Assembly: GCA_963836285.1 (NCBI GenBank)
Contig: CAWIIN010000003.1
Span: forward strand, 14,708-78,707
DNA: 64,000 nt
Reading direction: 5' to 3'
Source of the DNA: an uncultured Acidobacteriota bacterium
GTDB taxonomy: Bacteria; Acidobacteriota; Thermoanaerobaculia; UBA5066
A model generated the notes under the pieces. It was not told where the DNA came from, searched no databases, and worked only from the letters and a program-made list of their open reading frames with translations. A program made the position numbers and the translations under genes. Below, in pieces: positions 27,516 to 37,380 of the stretch; the stretch's first letter is position 1; every line of letters begins with the position of its first letter.

Positions 27516-28502
27516 ATGAGAATCCTGGCGCCGCTCGTCGCGATCATCCTTACGGGAGGTACACAGGTCGGGCTCGCCGACGCGCCGACCGTCGTCGCCG
27601 AGGAATGGCTTCTCGTCAGCAAGGAGCCGCAGACGCCCGAAGGCCTGATCTTCGATCGCGACGGGAATCTCTACATGGTCCTCGTGGGCAACGGCAGCGT
27701 CCTGAGGTCGGCTCCCCCGTACAAGACGGTGACGACCATCTACGGGCCGTCCAAGAGCCGCTTCGCCACGGTCAAGATCCACAAGGACGGCAGGCTGTTC
27801 CTCTGCGATCTCGGCGAACGGGCCGGCTACCGGGGGGACGACACGGGCCGCATCGTCGCGATGCGGCCCGACGGGACGAACATGGAGGTCATCGTCCCCG
27901 CCGGCCGCTACACACCCGACGACATGGTCTTCGACGGCAACGGCGGCTTCTACTTCACCGACTTCAAGGACTACACGGACGCCGGCAACCTCGCGAACGG
28001 CGCCGTGTATTACGTCTCCCCGGACTTCAAGACGATCACCCCGGTCCTGAAGAACCTGGCCTCGCCCAACGGTGTCGCGCTGAGCCGGAACGGAAAGACC
28101 CTCTGGGTGACGGAAACGTTTCACCAGCAGCTGCACCGGCTCGACCTCGCGGCCGACGGAACGACCTTGAATCTCTACGGCCACATGATCCCCTATCGCT
28201 TCAACGGGTTCGGCGGTCCCGATTCGGCGACGATCGACGCCGACGACAACGTCTACGTCGCTCACTTCGGGTCGGGGAAGGTCATGGTGTTCAACGCGCT
28301 CGGCAACCTGATCGGAGAAATCCGGATCCCGGGAAGCGAGGCGGGCGCCATGCTGGCCTCGACGACGATGGCGATCCTTCCGGGCACGAACGAGCTGATC
28401 CTCGGCGCAGGGGATTTCGCCGGACGCGGCGCCCGGATCTTCAAGGCGAAAGCGTTCGGCAAGTCCTGGGACGGCGCGTTTCAGTTCCAGAAGGCGCCAT
28501 GA
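27516..28502 (+). CDS. SMP-30/gluconolactonase/LRE family protein, secreted
   Basis: GGAGG is upstream. Signal peptide MRILAPLVAIILTGGTQVGLADA. The SGL beta-propeller pattern is present (FDRDGNLY, MVFDGNGGFYFTD). Confidence 0.8.
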   Translation: MRILAPLVAIILTGGTQVGLADAPTVVAEEWLLVSKEPQTPEGLIFDRDGNLYMVLVGNGSVLRSAPPYKTVTTIYGPSKSRFATVKIHKDGRLFLCDLGERAGYRGDDTGRIVAMRPDGTNMEVIVPAGRYTPDDMVFDGNGGFYFTDFKDYTDAGNLANGAVYYVSPDFKTITPVLKNLASPNGVALSRNGKTLWVTETFHQQLHRLDLAADGTTLNLYGHMIPYRFNGFGGPDSATIDADDNVYVAHFGSGKVMVFNALGNLIGEIRIPGSEAGAMLASTTMAILPGTNELILGAGDFAGRGARIFKAKAFGKSWDGAFQFQKAP

Positions 28503-29278
28503 ACCGGTTCCGCAACACTCCGTTCGACCTCTCCGGCCGCTCGGCGCTCGTCACGGGCGCCGGGCGCGGGTTGGGCAAGGAGATGGCACGGCTCCTGGCG
28601 AACGCCGGGGCCGACGTGGCGATCTGCAGCCGAACCGAATCGCAAATCGAGGCGGCCGCGCGCGAGCTGGCGGGCGAAGCGGGCACGCGCGTCGAGGCCA
28701 TCGTGGCGGACGTCGGCACGCGGCCGGGCGCCGAGCGCCTCGCGCGCGACGCCACGGCACGTTTCGGAAAGATCGACATCCTGATCAGCAACGCGGGATG
28801 GAACGTCCCGCAGCCGGTCGACGGAATCCGGGACGAGGACTGGGACGCGCTTCTGGAGCTGAACCTGACGAGCTCGATGGTCCTGACGCGCGCCCTCGCG
28901 CCGGGGATGATGCAGCGCGGGTGGGGGCGCGTCGTCTATGTCTCCTCGATCATGGGCCTCGCGAGCGCGAGCGATCGTGTCGCCTACAGCACGACCAAGG
29001 CCGCGCTGCACGGGATGGTGAAGGCCAACGCGCTCCGGCTGGGCCCGCACGGCGTGACGGCGAATTGCCTCGCACCCGGACCGTTCGCGACGGAGCTGAC
29101 CGCGAGCCGGCTGACGGCGCAGCAGAAGGAGGCGTTCGCCGCCCGCACCGCCGTGGGACGGTGGGGGGAGCCGGCGGAGCTCGCGCCCACCGCGCTGCTC
29201 CTCGCGAGCCCCGCCGGCAGCTACATCACCGGCGCGGTCATCGTCGTCGACGGGGGTGCGACCGCGCGTATGTGGTGA
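28499..29278 (+). CDS. SDR family oxidoreductase (gluconate 5-dehydrogenase/3-oxoacyl-ACP reductase-like)
   Basis: ATGA overlap with the upstream stop. The TGAGRGLG Rossmann motif, NAG, and YSTTKAAL catalytic residues are present. Confidence 0.85.
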   Translation: MNRFRNTPFDLSGRSALVTGAGRGLGKEMARLLANAGADVAICSRTESQIEAAARELAGEAGTRVEAIVADVGTRPGAERLARDATARFGKIDILISNAGWNVPQPVDGIRDEDWDALLELNLTSSMVLTRALAPGMMQRGWGRVVYVSSIMGLASASDRVAYSTTKAALHGMVKANALRLGPHGVTANCLAPGPFATELTASRLTAQQKEAFAARTAVGRWGEPAELAPTALLLASPAGSYITGAVIVVDGGATARMW

Positions 29279-29299
29279 GCGCGGGGCTCACCCGCCGCT

Positions 29300-29977
29300 T
29301 CACGCGCGCCGGATGAGACGCGCGAAATGCCGGGCGCTGGGCTTTGGCTTCCGGACGAAGGTGCGGCGATCGACGGCCACCAGTCCGAAATGCTGGCCGT
29401 ACCCCCGGGTCCACTCGAAGTTGTCGAGCAGCGACCAGTAGACGTAGCTGCGGACGTCGATCCCCTCGGCGAGGCACCGTTCGACTCCGGCGACGCACGC
29501 ATCCAGCCATGCGACGCGGCGCGCGTCGTCGTCGGTGGCGATCCCGCTTTCTGTGACGAAGATGGGCTTACGGGTCCTGCGCGCGGCGAAGCGGATCATG
29601 TCGGGAAGCGCCTGCGGGAAATACTCGTATCCCGCCGCGGTCCTCTCGGCGCCCACCTCCGGCGGCACGATCCCTTTCGCGTCGAACCGGAATCGCGTGT
29701 AAGCCTGCACCCCGACGAAATCGCTCGCGTTCACCGCGTCCCACCAGCTGCCGTAGAGCGTCCTCTCCATCGCGGAGGCGATGCTGCCGTCGCCGGCCGC
29801 CTCGATCGCCTGCGTCGTCAAGGTCACGCCGACGGCGAACCGGCCCGGGCCCGCCTTGATCGCCTGACACGCCTTCGCGTGGGCGTCGAGCAGATGGGCG
29901 TCGATGAGATCCGGATCCGCGAACAGGATCGAGGAAAAGCCCGGCGCGTTCGTCGCGCGTGCCGCGGCGGCGATCAT
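29300..29977 (-). pseudogene. glycoside hydrolase family 1 (beta-glucosidase) C-terminal remnant
   Basis: Only the distal ~225 aa of the ~450-aa GH1 fold is present (…FVTESGIATDDD…, VYWSLLDNFEWTRGYGQHFGLVAVDRRTF). The N-terminal half carrying the acid/base Glu is absent. Only 28 nt separate it from the next gene, and the upstream in-frame sequence is not GH1-like. Confidence 0.65.
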
Positions 29978-30005
29978 CGCGACGCGCCTGGCACGGCGAC
30001 GGCGG

Positions 30006-31178
30006 CTATCGTCGCTCGGCTCGGTACGCCCGCCCTTCCTGACGCACGATCTCGATCAGGTTGCCCATCGCGAGATTCATGTCGACGACGTGCAGGCCCC
30101 AGCTCTCGAGGACGCGGCCGTCCACCACAACGTCGCCCGTGATCGCCTCCGTGCGCGCCCCGCCCGGCGTGGGGTGAATCGTAACGGCGAGGTAGTTGTG
30201 GCTGCCGTTGCTGCGGCACTCGGCGCTGAGAAGGCCCGGCGCCCGGACGAACGGCGTGACGATCGGCCTCGGTGGGTTCGTCCAGGGGCCGAGCGCCAGT
30301 CCGTCGACGACGGGAGTCTCCGTGCCGGACGCGAGGTAAGCGTGGAGCGGTCCGGTCCCTCCGCCGAGCGCCGCCGGATTCACGCACGCCGCCTCAAGCC
30401 CCGGACCGGCCGAGGCCCCGAACATCCGCGCATCGGCGGGCGGGGGGCTGTTCGCACGGAACGACGCGAAGTTGATCGCGCAGCCCAGCTGACGGGCGGA
30501 CCGGCACAGGGGGATGGACTTGAAGTCGCCGCCCACGTCCTTGCCCACGGGCACCTGAAGTCGGTAGCCGGCCAGGATCACCGACAGGATCCTGCGCTGG
30601 ACCGGCCTGCCGTCGATCTCGTTCCGAACGAGCTCGGCCAGCACGAGCGAGCCCTGGGAATGGCCGATCAACGCGACGCCGCGCCCGCGGTTGTCGTGCG
30701 TGAGGTAATGGTTCCACGCGTCCTTCACGTCGTCGTAGGCCAGGGCACGGTCCACGGCCACCGGACGGCCCCTCAGGTTGGAACGGAGCGCCGTGAGGGT
30801 CGCTTGACGATAGACGGGCGCGTAGGGCCGGCAAACCGAAGCGAAGCGGGCGAACTGCTGGCCGACCACCGCGATCTGCTGCTTCTGGACCTTCATCGTC
30901 GCGTTGCCGCCCGGGTCCAGCGAGACGGTGGGATAGACGTAGAAGCAGTCGATCGGGGCGTCGGGATCCGCGTGAAACCGCTCGAGACGCGTCGAGCCAT
31001 CGGCACGAATCACGGTCGCGTCCTGATCGGATCGACCGCATGCATCCGTCGCCCGCCCGGGGCGGCAGAGCCACGCCGCCGGATCGGAATAGTCGTTGGG
31101 GCCGGACGTTTCGACCTGAGCGGGGGCCTGCCGGCAGCCAAGCAGGACGGCGATCAGGAGCACGGCCGGGAATCTCAT
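30006..31178 (-). CDS. DUF3089-family alpha/beta hydrolase lipoprotein
   Basis: Start MRFPAVLLIAVLLGCRQAP (lipobox). The GHSQGS nucleophile elbow is present. The long N-terminal extension of the ORF is rejected. Confidence 0.65.
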   Translation of the reverse strand: MRFPAVLLIAVLLGCRQAPAQVETSGPNDYSDPAAWLCRPGRATDACGRSDQDATVIRADGSTRLERFHADPDAPIDCFYVYPTVSLDPGGNATMKVQKQQIAVVGQQFARFASVCRPYAPVYRQATLTALRSNLRGRPVAVDRALAYDDVKDAWNHYLTHDNRGRGVALIGHSQGSLVLAELVRNEIDGRPVQRRILSVILAGYRLQVPVGKDVGGDFKSIPLCRSARQLGCAINFASFRANSPPPADARMFGASAGPGLEAACVNPAALGGGTGPLHAYLASGTETPVVDGLALGPWTNPPRPIVTPFVRAPGLLSAECRSNGSHNYLAVTIHPTPGGARTEAITGDVVVDGRVLESWGLHVVDMNLAMGNLIEIVRQEGRAYRAERR

Positions 31179-31204
31179 GAACGCCTCGTGGACCCGCCCT
31201 GCCT

Positions 31205-32527
31205 TCAGTACAGGACGATTCCCAGCGGGATGACGACGAGCAGGGCGGCGAGCGTCGCGAGGACGTGGCCGATGAAGATATGCTTGTAGGCTTGGCGGTG
31301 CGTCAGCCCGGCGACCGCGAGCATGGTGATCACGGCGCCGTTGTGCGGCATGGCATCGAAGCACCCCGCGGACATCACGATGATCCTGTGGACGAGATCC
31401 GGGCTCAGGCCCAGGGCCAGGTACTTGGGCGCCAGCGTCTCCAGGACGATTCCCATGCCGCCGGAGGCGGAGCCGGTGATCGCCGCCATGATGTTCGTGG
31501 CGACCGAGAGAGAGATGATCGGAGGCATGGAAAGGGTCAGAAGCCATGCGGACACGACGCTGAAGCCGGCCGTAGCCGCGATTGCCATCCCGTAGCCGAC
31601 GTCGGCGCAGGTATTGATGATCGGAATCACGGTGTTTGCGGCGCCCCTGCTGATGGTGTCCGGCAGGCTGGTGAACCGCCTCCAGAACAGGATCATCGAG
31701 ACCAGAATCCCTATGCCGAGGGCATAGATCACATCGACCTTCACCGCGGGAACGTTCAGAAAGACGAGAACGGCCATCATCGGAACCAGGCTAAGCCAGA
31801 CGTTGGGCATGTCTCCCGGGTCGACGGCCGTCGCGGCGGGCACGCCGGAACCGCCGGGCGGGACATAATGCTCGCCTTCCCTCTTGAATCTGTTCACACA
31901 ATACTTCATGTAGAGGACGTTCAGCACGAACACGACGAGAGCGCCGACCAGACCCAGTACGGGGGCTGACGCGGGCGTGGAGTTCATGTACTTCGTGGGC
32001 ATGAGGTTCTGGATCTGTGGCGTGCCTGGGATCATCGTCATGGTCATGGAGGCGGCGCCGAAGACGAAGGAAAGGATGAACAGATGCCAGGGGATGTCCG
32101 CTTCCTGCCAGAGGTGCCGGGCGATGGGGAGCACCGTGAAGATGACGACGAAGAGACTCACGCCGCCATAGGTCAGGACCATGGGGACCAGGGAGAACGC
32201 GATCAGAACACGCAGCGGCTTGTCGGCGTCGCCGCCGACGAGCTTCAGGATCGCCCGGGCGACGGACCGGGCCGCGCCGCTGTCTTCCATGAACTTTCCG
32301 AAGAGAGTGCCCATCAGAAAGATGAGATAGAACTTGCGGGCGTAGTTGGTAAACCCGGTCATGTACGGCCCGGTCAACGTCTGAAGGACGTTCAAATCGG
32401 AGAAGATCGCCGCGATGATGGCCGCCAGCGGCGCGAGGATGATGATGTGCCACCCTCGCAGCGCCAGCACGATGATGAAAACCAGGGACACGACGATGCC
32501 AAGAGTGCTAATAGTGCCCGCGTCCAC
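31205..32527 (-). CDS. GntP family permease (gluconate/sugar-acid:H+ symporter)
   Basis: About 12 TM helices with typical GntP/DsdX-family patterns (GGVSLFVV..., SAGCFDAMPHNGAVITMLAVAGL). Confidence 0.8.
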   Translation of the reverse strand: MDAGTISTLGIVVSLVFIIVLALRGWHIIILAPLAAIIAAIFSDLNVLQTLTGPYMTGFTNYARKFYLIFLMGTLFGKFMEDSGAARSVARAILKLVGGDADKPLRVLIAFSLVPMVLTYGGVSLFVVIFTVLPIARHLWQEADIPWHLFILSFVFGAASMTMTMIPGTPQIQNLMPTKYMNSTPASAPVLGLVGALVVFVLNVLYMKYCVNRFKREGEHYVPPGGSGVPAATAVDPGDMPNVWLSLVPMMAVLVFLNVPAVKVDVIYALGIGILVSMILFWRRFTSLPDTISRGAANTVIPIINTCADVGYGMAIAATAGFSVVSAWLLTLSMPPIISLSVATNIMAAITGSASGGMGIVLETLAPKYLALGLSPDLVHRIIVMSAGCFDAMPHNGAVITMLAVAGLTHRQAYKHIFIGHVLATLAALLVVIPLGIVLY

Positions 32528-32554
32528 GCTCGATCCCTCCGGGTCTCGGCACCG

Positions 32555-34216
32555 TCAGGGCCGGGCCGCCGCCGACCATGATGCAAGCAGCTTCTCGTAC
32601 AGGTCGCAGAACTCCGGGCGGATGCCGGACCCGGCGCGGATCGTGTCGCCGAACTCCAGGAATCCCTCCTTCCCGCTCGTGTAGCGAGGCCAGGCCGGCA
32701 GAGAATCCCCGTTCGGATCCCCGGTGGCCGCGAAGCGTACCCAGGCCGCGCTCATCGCGTCGGCAAGCTTCTGGTCCCAGGGCTTGCGCGGCATCCACGG
32801 CACGGCGGCGAGGGTGTCCCATACGTACGGGATCTCGATGGCATGGTGGGCTCCGAGCTTCTCGCCCCCCGGCCCCTGCGGCGCGCGGCTGAACAGGTAG
32901 ACGTAGGCCGGGCTGCCCGCGCGCGTCGTCCGCTCCGCAATGAACCGCGTCGGGCCGACGTAGTACCAGTCGGGGCTATAGCGGTCCACCGCCGCGGCCG
33001 CCTCGGCGTCGGTCGTCGCCGGGTAGAGTTCCAGCACCCGATCGGCGAGCGGGCCCCAGACGGCCCGTATCACCTTGCGAAAGTCGTCGAGTGTCGGGTT
33101 GGGCCAGTATTGGCGCAGGGTCGTCCACTCGTCCTTGTTGAAGCCGATGAGGACGGGCACCTTGCGCTGCTCGCCCCTGTCGAAGATCTTCGCGGTCGCC
33201 CTCGGAAACACCCAGCCGTCCACATTGGGCGCGTTGCCCGTGAGCTTCCGGGTGCGAAGCCAGGCGCGGCGAAGATCCTCCGGGGACACCGCGCGCATCG
33301 CCGCGAGGACGTCCTTCGACCCCGCCACTCCGAGCGCCTCCTCGAAGCTCTTGCCCAACGCCTCCGCCTCGCCGAGCGGGCGGAAGTCGCTCACCGCGTA
33401 GCCCCCACTCTCGATCACGGCGCGATGGAAGAGCCCGCGCGCGAGAGGCGTTGCCAGGAGGTAGGTGATGTTCGTGCCGCCCGCCGACTCGCCGAAGACC
33501 GTCACGCGCCCCGGGTCCCCGCCGAAGGCCGCCGCGTTCTCCTGCACCCACTTCAGCGCGGCGATCTGGTCGAGGAGCGCGTAGTTGCCGGACGAGCCGT
33601 GTCCGGACTCGGCGGTCAGCGCCGGGTGGGCGAGGAAGCCGAACAGGTTGAGGCGGTAGTTGAGCGAGACGACCACCACTCCCTTGCGCGCGAGGTTCGC
33701 TCCGTCGGTCTGAAGCCCCACGGCCGTGCCGACGGCGTTCGCCCCGCCGTGAATCCAGACCATCACGGGCTTGAGGTCCTTGCCGCCCAGGTTCGAGGTC
33801 CAGACGTTGAGGAACAGGCAGTTCTCGCTGCTAGGCCCGGGGAGCGGAACCAGTTTCGGGTCCTGGCCGAGAGTCTCGGCGATGTACCGATAGAAGTAGT
33901 TGCCCTCGACTTCCTGGACGCAGGACGGGCCGAACTTCGTGGCCTGCTGCACGCCCGGGCGCGGCGTGTGCGGCGCCGGTGGCTTCCATCGCAAATCTCC
34001 GACGGGCGGCGCCGCGTAGGGAATCCCACGAAAGACTGCTTCGGAGGTGCCCGTGCCGACGTAGGCGCCGACGAGCTGCTCGCCGTTCGCCACGACCGTT
34101 GGCGCCGTAGGCGTCGAGACTTGCGGGGCAACCGGCGGGGCCGTCGAGCAGGCCAAGGAGCCGATCACGAGCGCCGCGCCGGCGCCGGACCGCCAACGGG
34201 GGCGCGGTTTCGCCAC
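32555..34216 (-). CDS. type-B carboxylesterase/lipase family lipoprotein
   Basis: The GESAGG nucleophile elbow is present, along with the conserved N-terminal FRGIPYAAPP and the HG oxyanion region WIHGGAN. The preferred GTG start gives the lipoprotein signal VAKPRPRWRSGAGAALVIGSLAC. The alternative ATG is at 34279. Confidence 0.8.
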   Translation of the reverse strand: MAKPRPRWRSGAGAALVIGSLACSTAPPVAPQVSTPTAPTVVANGEQLVGAYVGTGTSEAVFRGIPYAAPPVGDLRWKPPAPHTPRPGVQQATKFGPSCVQEVEGNYFYRYIAETLGQDPKLVPLPGPSSENCLFLNVWTSNLGGKDLKPVMVWIHGGANAVGTAVGLQTDGANLARKGVVVVSLNYRLNLFGFLAHPALTAESGHGSSGNYALLDQIAALKWVQENAAAFGGDPGRVTVFGESAGGTNITYLLATPLARGLFHRAVIESGGYAVSDFRPLGEAEALGKSFEEALGVAGSKDVLAAMRAVSPEDLRRAWLRTRKLTGNAPNVDGWVFPRATAKIFDRGEQRKVPVLIGFNKDEWTTLRQYWPNPTLDDFRKVIRAVWGPLADRVLELYPATTDAEAAAAVDRYSPDWYYVGPTRFIAERTTRAGSPAYVYLFSRAPQGPGGEKLGAHHAIEIPYVWDTLAAVPWMPRKPWDQKLADAMSAAWVRFAATGDPNGDSLPAWPRYTSGKEGFLEFGDTIRAGSGIRPEFCDLYEKLLASWSAAARP

Positions 34217-34286
34217 GGGACACGAGTTCTGGAGTCGAGTGGGGTCTGACACGTTGGATCTCCTCCTCGGAACGCGCATTGCGAGG

Positions 34287-35216
34287 TCATGCCATCTCGG
34301 GAGTCAACGCCACCGGGATTGCTTCTGCCGCGAGTTTCGCTATGGCCGTGGCCACCTCGGCGCCCGAGTCGAACGGCCGCGCGCCGGCGAGGTCGGCGAT
34401 CTCCTCGTACCGTGCCGCCACGTCCTCGGCGGTCGCGTGCGGGCCGAGGACGACCCCGCGGGCCTCGACGATGGCGACGCGGGCGAAGTAGGACCCGCCG
34501 GCCTCGAGCACATGTCCGTTCGGGCTGCCCTCGCTGCAGAGGTAGACGACCGCCGGCGTCACGCGCTCGGGGGCCACGGCGCGCAGCACCTCGGGCGGCC
34601 ACAGGCCTTCGGTCATACGGGTTGCGGCGGTGGGGGCGACGCAGTTGACCCTGATGCCGTACTTCTTGACCTCGAGCCTGAGCGTATTCATGAACCCGAC
34701 GAGGCCCATCTTGGCGGCGGCGTAGTTCGTCTGGCCGAAGTTGCCGTAGAGGCCCGAAGAGGAAGTCGTGAAGACGATTCGACCATAGCCCCTTTCCTTC
34801 ATCACGGGGAGGGTCGCCTTCGTCATGTTGACGCTGCCCATGAGGTGGACGTCAACGACCTTCTGAAAGTCGTCCAACTCCAGCTTGGCGAACGTCTTGT
34901 CGCGCAGGATGCCGGCGTTGTTGACGAGGATGTCCACCGACCCGAACCGGCCCACGGCCTCGTCCACCATGCGCTGCGCCGCGGAACGGTCGGTCACGCT
35001 GTCGTGGTTTGCGACGGCGATTCCGCCGGCCGCCGTGATTTCATCCGCCACCGACTGAGCGACACCCGCGGAGCCGCTCGTGCCGTCCAGAGCCCCGCCA
35101 AGGTCGTTCACGATCACTTTCGCGCCGCGCCGCGCGAGTTCCAGGGCATAGCATCGGCCCAGGCCACCGCCCGCTCCCGTCACGATCGCCACTCGTCCGT
35201 CGAATCGAATGCTCAC
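34287..35216 (-). CDS. SDR family oxidoreductase (3-hydroxyacyl-CoA dehydrogenase/MFE-2-like)
   Basis: GTG start. Motifs TGAGGGLGRCYALELARRGAKV, NNAG, and the YAAAKMGLVGF catalytic Tyr-Lys. Confidence 0.8.
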   Translation of the reverse strand: MSIRFDGRVAIVTGAGGGLGRCYALELARRGAKVIVNDLGGALDGTSGSAGVAQSVADEITAAGGIAVANHDSVTDRSAAQRMVDEAVGRFGSVDILVNNAGILRDKTFAKLELDDFQKVVDVHLMGSVNMTKATLPVMKERGYGRIVFTTSSSGLYGNFGQTNYAAAKMGLVGFMNTLRLEVKKYGIRVNCVAPTAATRMTEGLWPPEVLRAVAPERVTPAVVYLCSEGSPNGHVLEAGGSYFARVAIVEARGVVLGPHATAEDVAARYEEIADLAGARPFDSGAEVATAIAKLAAEAIPVALTPEMA

Positions 35217-35306
35217 TCGTCGTTCCTTTCAGCAGGAATCCCCGGCACGTCGATGTCCCTCGAAGCCAGAGCCTGCGCGTCTCGATCGCCCCGATCTCTG
35301 AGCGTC

Positions 35307-35335
35307 ACATAACTTGACCGGCCTACCGGTACACT
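35307..35335. promoter_or_regulatory. palindromic operator ACCGGCCTACCGGT (copy 2) in the divergent SDR/CoA-transferase promoter
   Basis: CACATAACTTGACCGGCCTACCGGTACACTTATATATTAA. The palindrome is at 35317-35330, followed by an AT-rich TATATATTAA stretch. It matches copy 1 at 24521-24549 in 24/28 positions. Confidence 0.6.
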
Positions 35336-35406
35336 TATATATTAACCCGCAATAGAAACATGGAGTCAAGCGGCATCGAACTCCACCGTCGAAGCGACCA
35401 GGGAGG

Positions 35407-36459
35407 ATGGGTGTGACCGAAACAGACGGCAAAGTCATGGGCGTCAAGGACGCCATCGGCCGATTTGTCCACGATGGCGATCAACTGGTGATCGGCAACT
35501 ACACCGTCGGTTCCTGCGCGGAGCTGGTGTACGAGGTGGCCCGGCAGAAGAAGAAGGGACTCACGCTCTTTTCGCAATCCGGAATTTTCGACGTGGAAGT
35601 TCTCATCGGCGCAGGCTGCGTGGACAGACTCGTCACCGCGTACGTGATGCGCGCCGGCGGCAAGAAGGGCGGCTCCGCGGCCGAACGTGCGCTGAAGGCC
35701 GGAACCCTTCTGCTCGAGGACTACACGAACTTCGACTACAACGCGCGGCTCGTCGCCGGCATGCACGGCATGACCTTCATTCCGGTTCTCGAAGGCATCA
35801 TGGCCACCGACCTCTTCCGGAAGAGGGGCTTCATGGGCGAAAACAAGTTTCGCGTCATCGAATGCCCGTACACCGGCAAGAAGGTTCTGACGGTGCCCGC
35901 GGCCAATCCCGACGTCTGCATCGTTCACGTGCAGCGCGCCGACAAGTTCGGCAACGCCCAGTACTGGGGCGCGCTGGGAAGCATCGCGGCGGCCGCGCTC
36001 GCGAGCACGCGCATCATCGTCTCCTGCGAGGAGATCGTCGACCACGAGATCGTTCAGTCGAGTCCGGCACTCACCCTGATTCCCGCCTATCGCGTCAACG
36101 CGGTGGTGGAAGCTCCCTGGGGCGCGCATCCCACCGAAGTGCTCGGCTACTACAACCTCGATTCCGCGATGTACGGTCTGTTCACGAAGGCCGATTCCAC
36201 CGCCGAAGGGCTGCGCGCCTGGATGGACGAATGGGTGTACGGCTGTGAGAACCGCGCGGCCTACATCGACCGTTACATCGGCAAGTTCGGGAGCTGCGCG
36301 CTCAACAGCCTCAAGGCCAAGCCCTACTATTCCGCGCCGGCGAACTACGGCGCGGCCGTGACCTCCCGCTGGGACCGCGACGGCAGGGAGATCTTCACGG
36401 GGCTGACCCTGCCCGAGATGGAGACGATCCTGAAAGAAAGGGGGCAGCTCTATGAGTAA
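35407..36459 (+). CDS. CoA-transferase subunit A (glutaconate/3-oxoacid CoA-transferase family)
   Basis: The characteristic subunit-A pattern is present (GNYTVGSCAELVYEVARQKKKGLTL..., VPAANPDVCIVHVQRADKFGNA). The start is either 35407 or ATG 35437. Confidence 0.8.
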   Translation: MGVTETDGKVMGVKDAIGRFVHDGDQLVIGNYTVGSCAELVYEVARQKKKGLTLFSQSGIFDVEVLIGAGCVDRLVTAYVMRAGGKKGGSAAERALKAGTLLLEDYTNFDYNARLVAGMHGMTFIPVLEGIMATDLFRKRGFMGENKFRVIECPYTGKKVLTVPAANPDVCIVHVQRADKFGNAQYWGALGSIAAAALASTRIIVSCEEIVDHEIVQSSPALTLIPAYRVNAVVEAPWGAHPTEVLGYYNLDSAMYGLFTKADSTAEGLRAWMDEWVYGCENRAAYIDRYIGKFGSCALNSLKAKPYYSAPANYGAAVTSRWDRDGREIFTGLTLPEMETILKERGQLYE

Positions 36460-37285
36460 GCCGTACACCCTTCAGGAGCTGCTGATCATCGCCGTCGCCA
36501 AGGAAATCCACGATCACGAAAACGTGATCCTCGGCATCGGGATTCCGACGACCGCGGGCGCCCTGGCGAAAGCGCTCTACGCGCCCAACGCGACGCTCAT
36601 GATGGAGTCCGGGATCATCGACTTCCAACCCCTGCTGCCCTTGAACCACATTGCCGACGCACACGCGTGTCGGGGCTTCTCGTATGGCACGGACCTGTTT
36701 TCCACCTTCACCATGACCTACCGCGGGTTCGTGGACGTGTGCTTCCTCGGCGTCGGACAGATCGACAAGTTCGGCAACGTCAACACGACCGTGATCGGCG
36801 ACTACGACAGGCCGACCCTCCGCCTGCCAGGCTCGGGCGGAGCCCCCGACTTCTTCTCCTATGCGAAGAGAACCGTCCTCACGATGCTCGGCGGGAACTT
36901 CGTGAACAAGCTGGATTACTTCACGTCGCCCGGACATCTCGACGGGGGGGACAGCCGCGAGAAATCCGGCCTCTTCCCGAAGGGATCGGGCCCTTCCATG
37001 GTGCTGACCACGAAGGGAGTCTTTCGATTCGATCCCGTGACCAAGGAAATCTACCTGTCGCAGGTCCACCCGAAGGTCACGGTGGAGGCCGTGAAGAAGG
37101 ACGTGCCGTGGGAGCTGAAGGTCGCCGATGATCTCTCCGTGACGCCGCGCCCGACGGACGAGGAAATCGCATTCATCCGCAATTTCGCTCCGAACATGTC
37201 CATGAGCCGGGAGCTCATGCTGGAGCTGACTCTGGCGAACATGAAAAGGAAGATGAAGAGTGAGGGGCGGGGAAATCCTGCCTAG
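36452..37285 (+). CDS. CoA-transferase subunit B
   Basis: 8-nt overlap with subunit A (ATGAGTAA). LGIGIPTTAG and the catalytic-Glu region MMESGIIDF are present. The stop TAG lies inside direct-repeat copy 1. Confidence 0.85.
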   Translation: MSKPYTLQELLIIAVAKEIHDHENVILGIGIPTTAGALAKALYAPNATLMMESGIIDFQPLLPLNHIADAHACRGFSYGTDLFSTFTMTYRGFVDVCFLGVGQIDKFGNVNTTVIGDYDRPTLRLPGSGGAPDFFSYAKRTVLTMLGGNFVNKLDYFTSPGHLDGGDSREKSGLFPKGSGPSMVLTTKGVFRFDPVTKEIYLSQVHPKVTVEAVKKDVPWELKVADDLSVTPRPTDEEIAFIRNFAPNMSMSRELMLELTLANMKRKMKSEGRGNPA

Positions 37286-37291
37286 CGACAG
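37264..37291 (+). repeat. 28-bp direct repeat, copy 1 (GGGGCGGGGAAATCCTGCCTAGCGACAG)
   Basis: Identical in 27/28 positions to 39414-39441. It contains CTAG, which is the stop codon of the CoA-transferase B gene. Confidence 0.8.
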
Positions 37292-37380
37292 GCCACCGAC
37301 GGCTCCAGCTCGTTGCGGCCCTTTTTCAGCCGGGGGCGGGAACAGGACGTGCATCCTCGCCCGGAAGGGCGCGCATTTCG

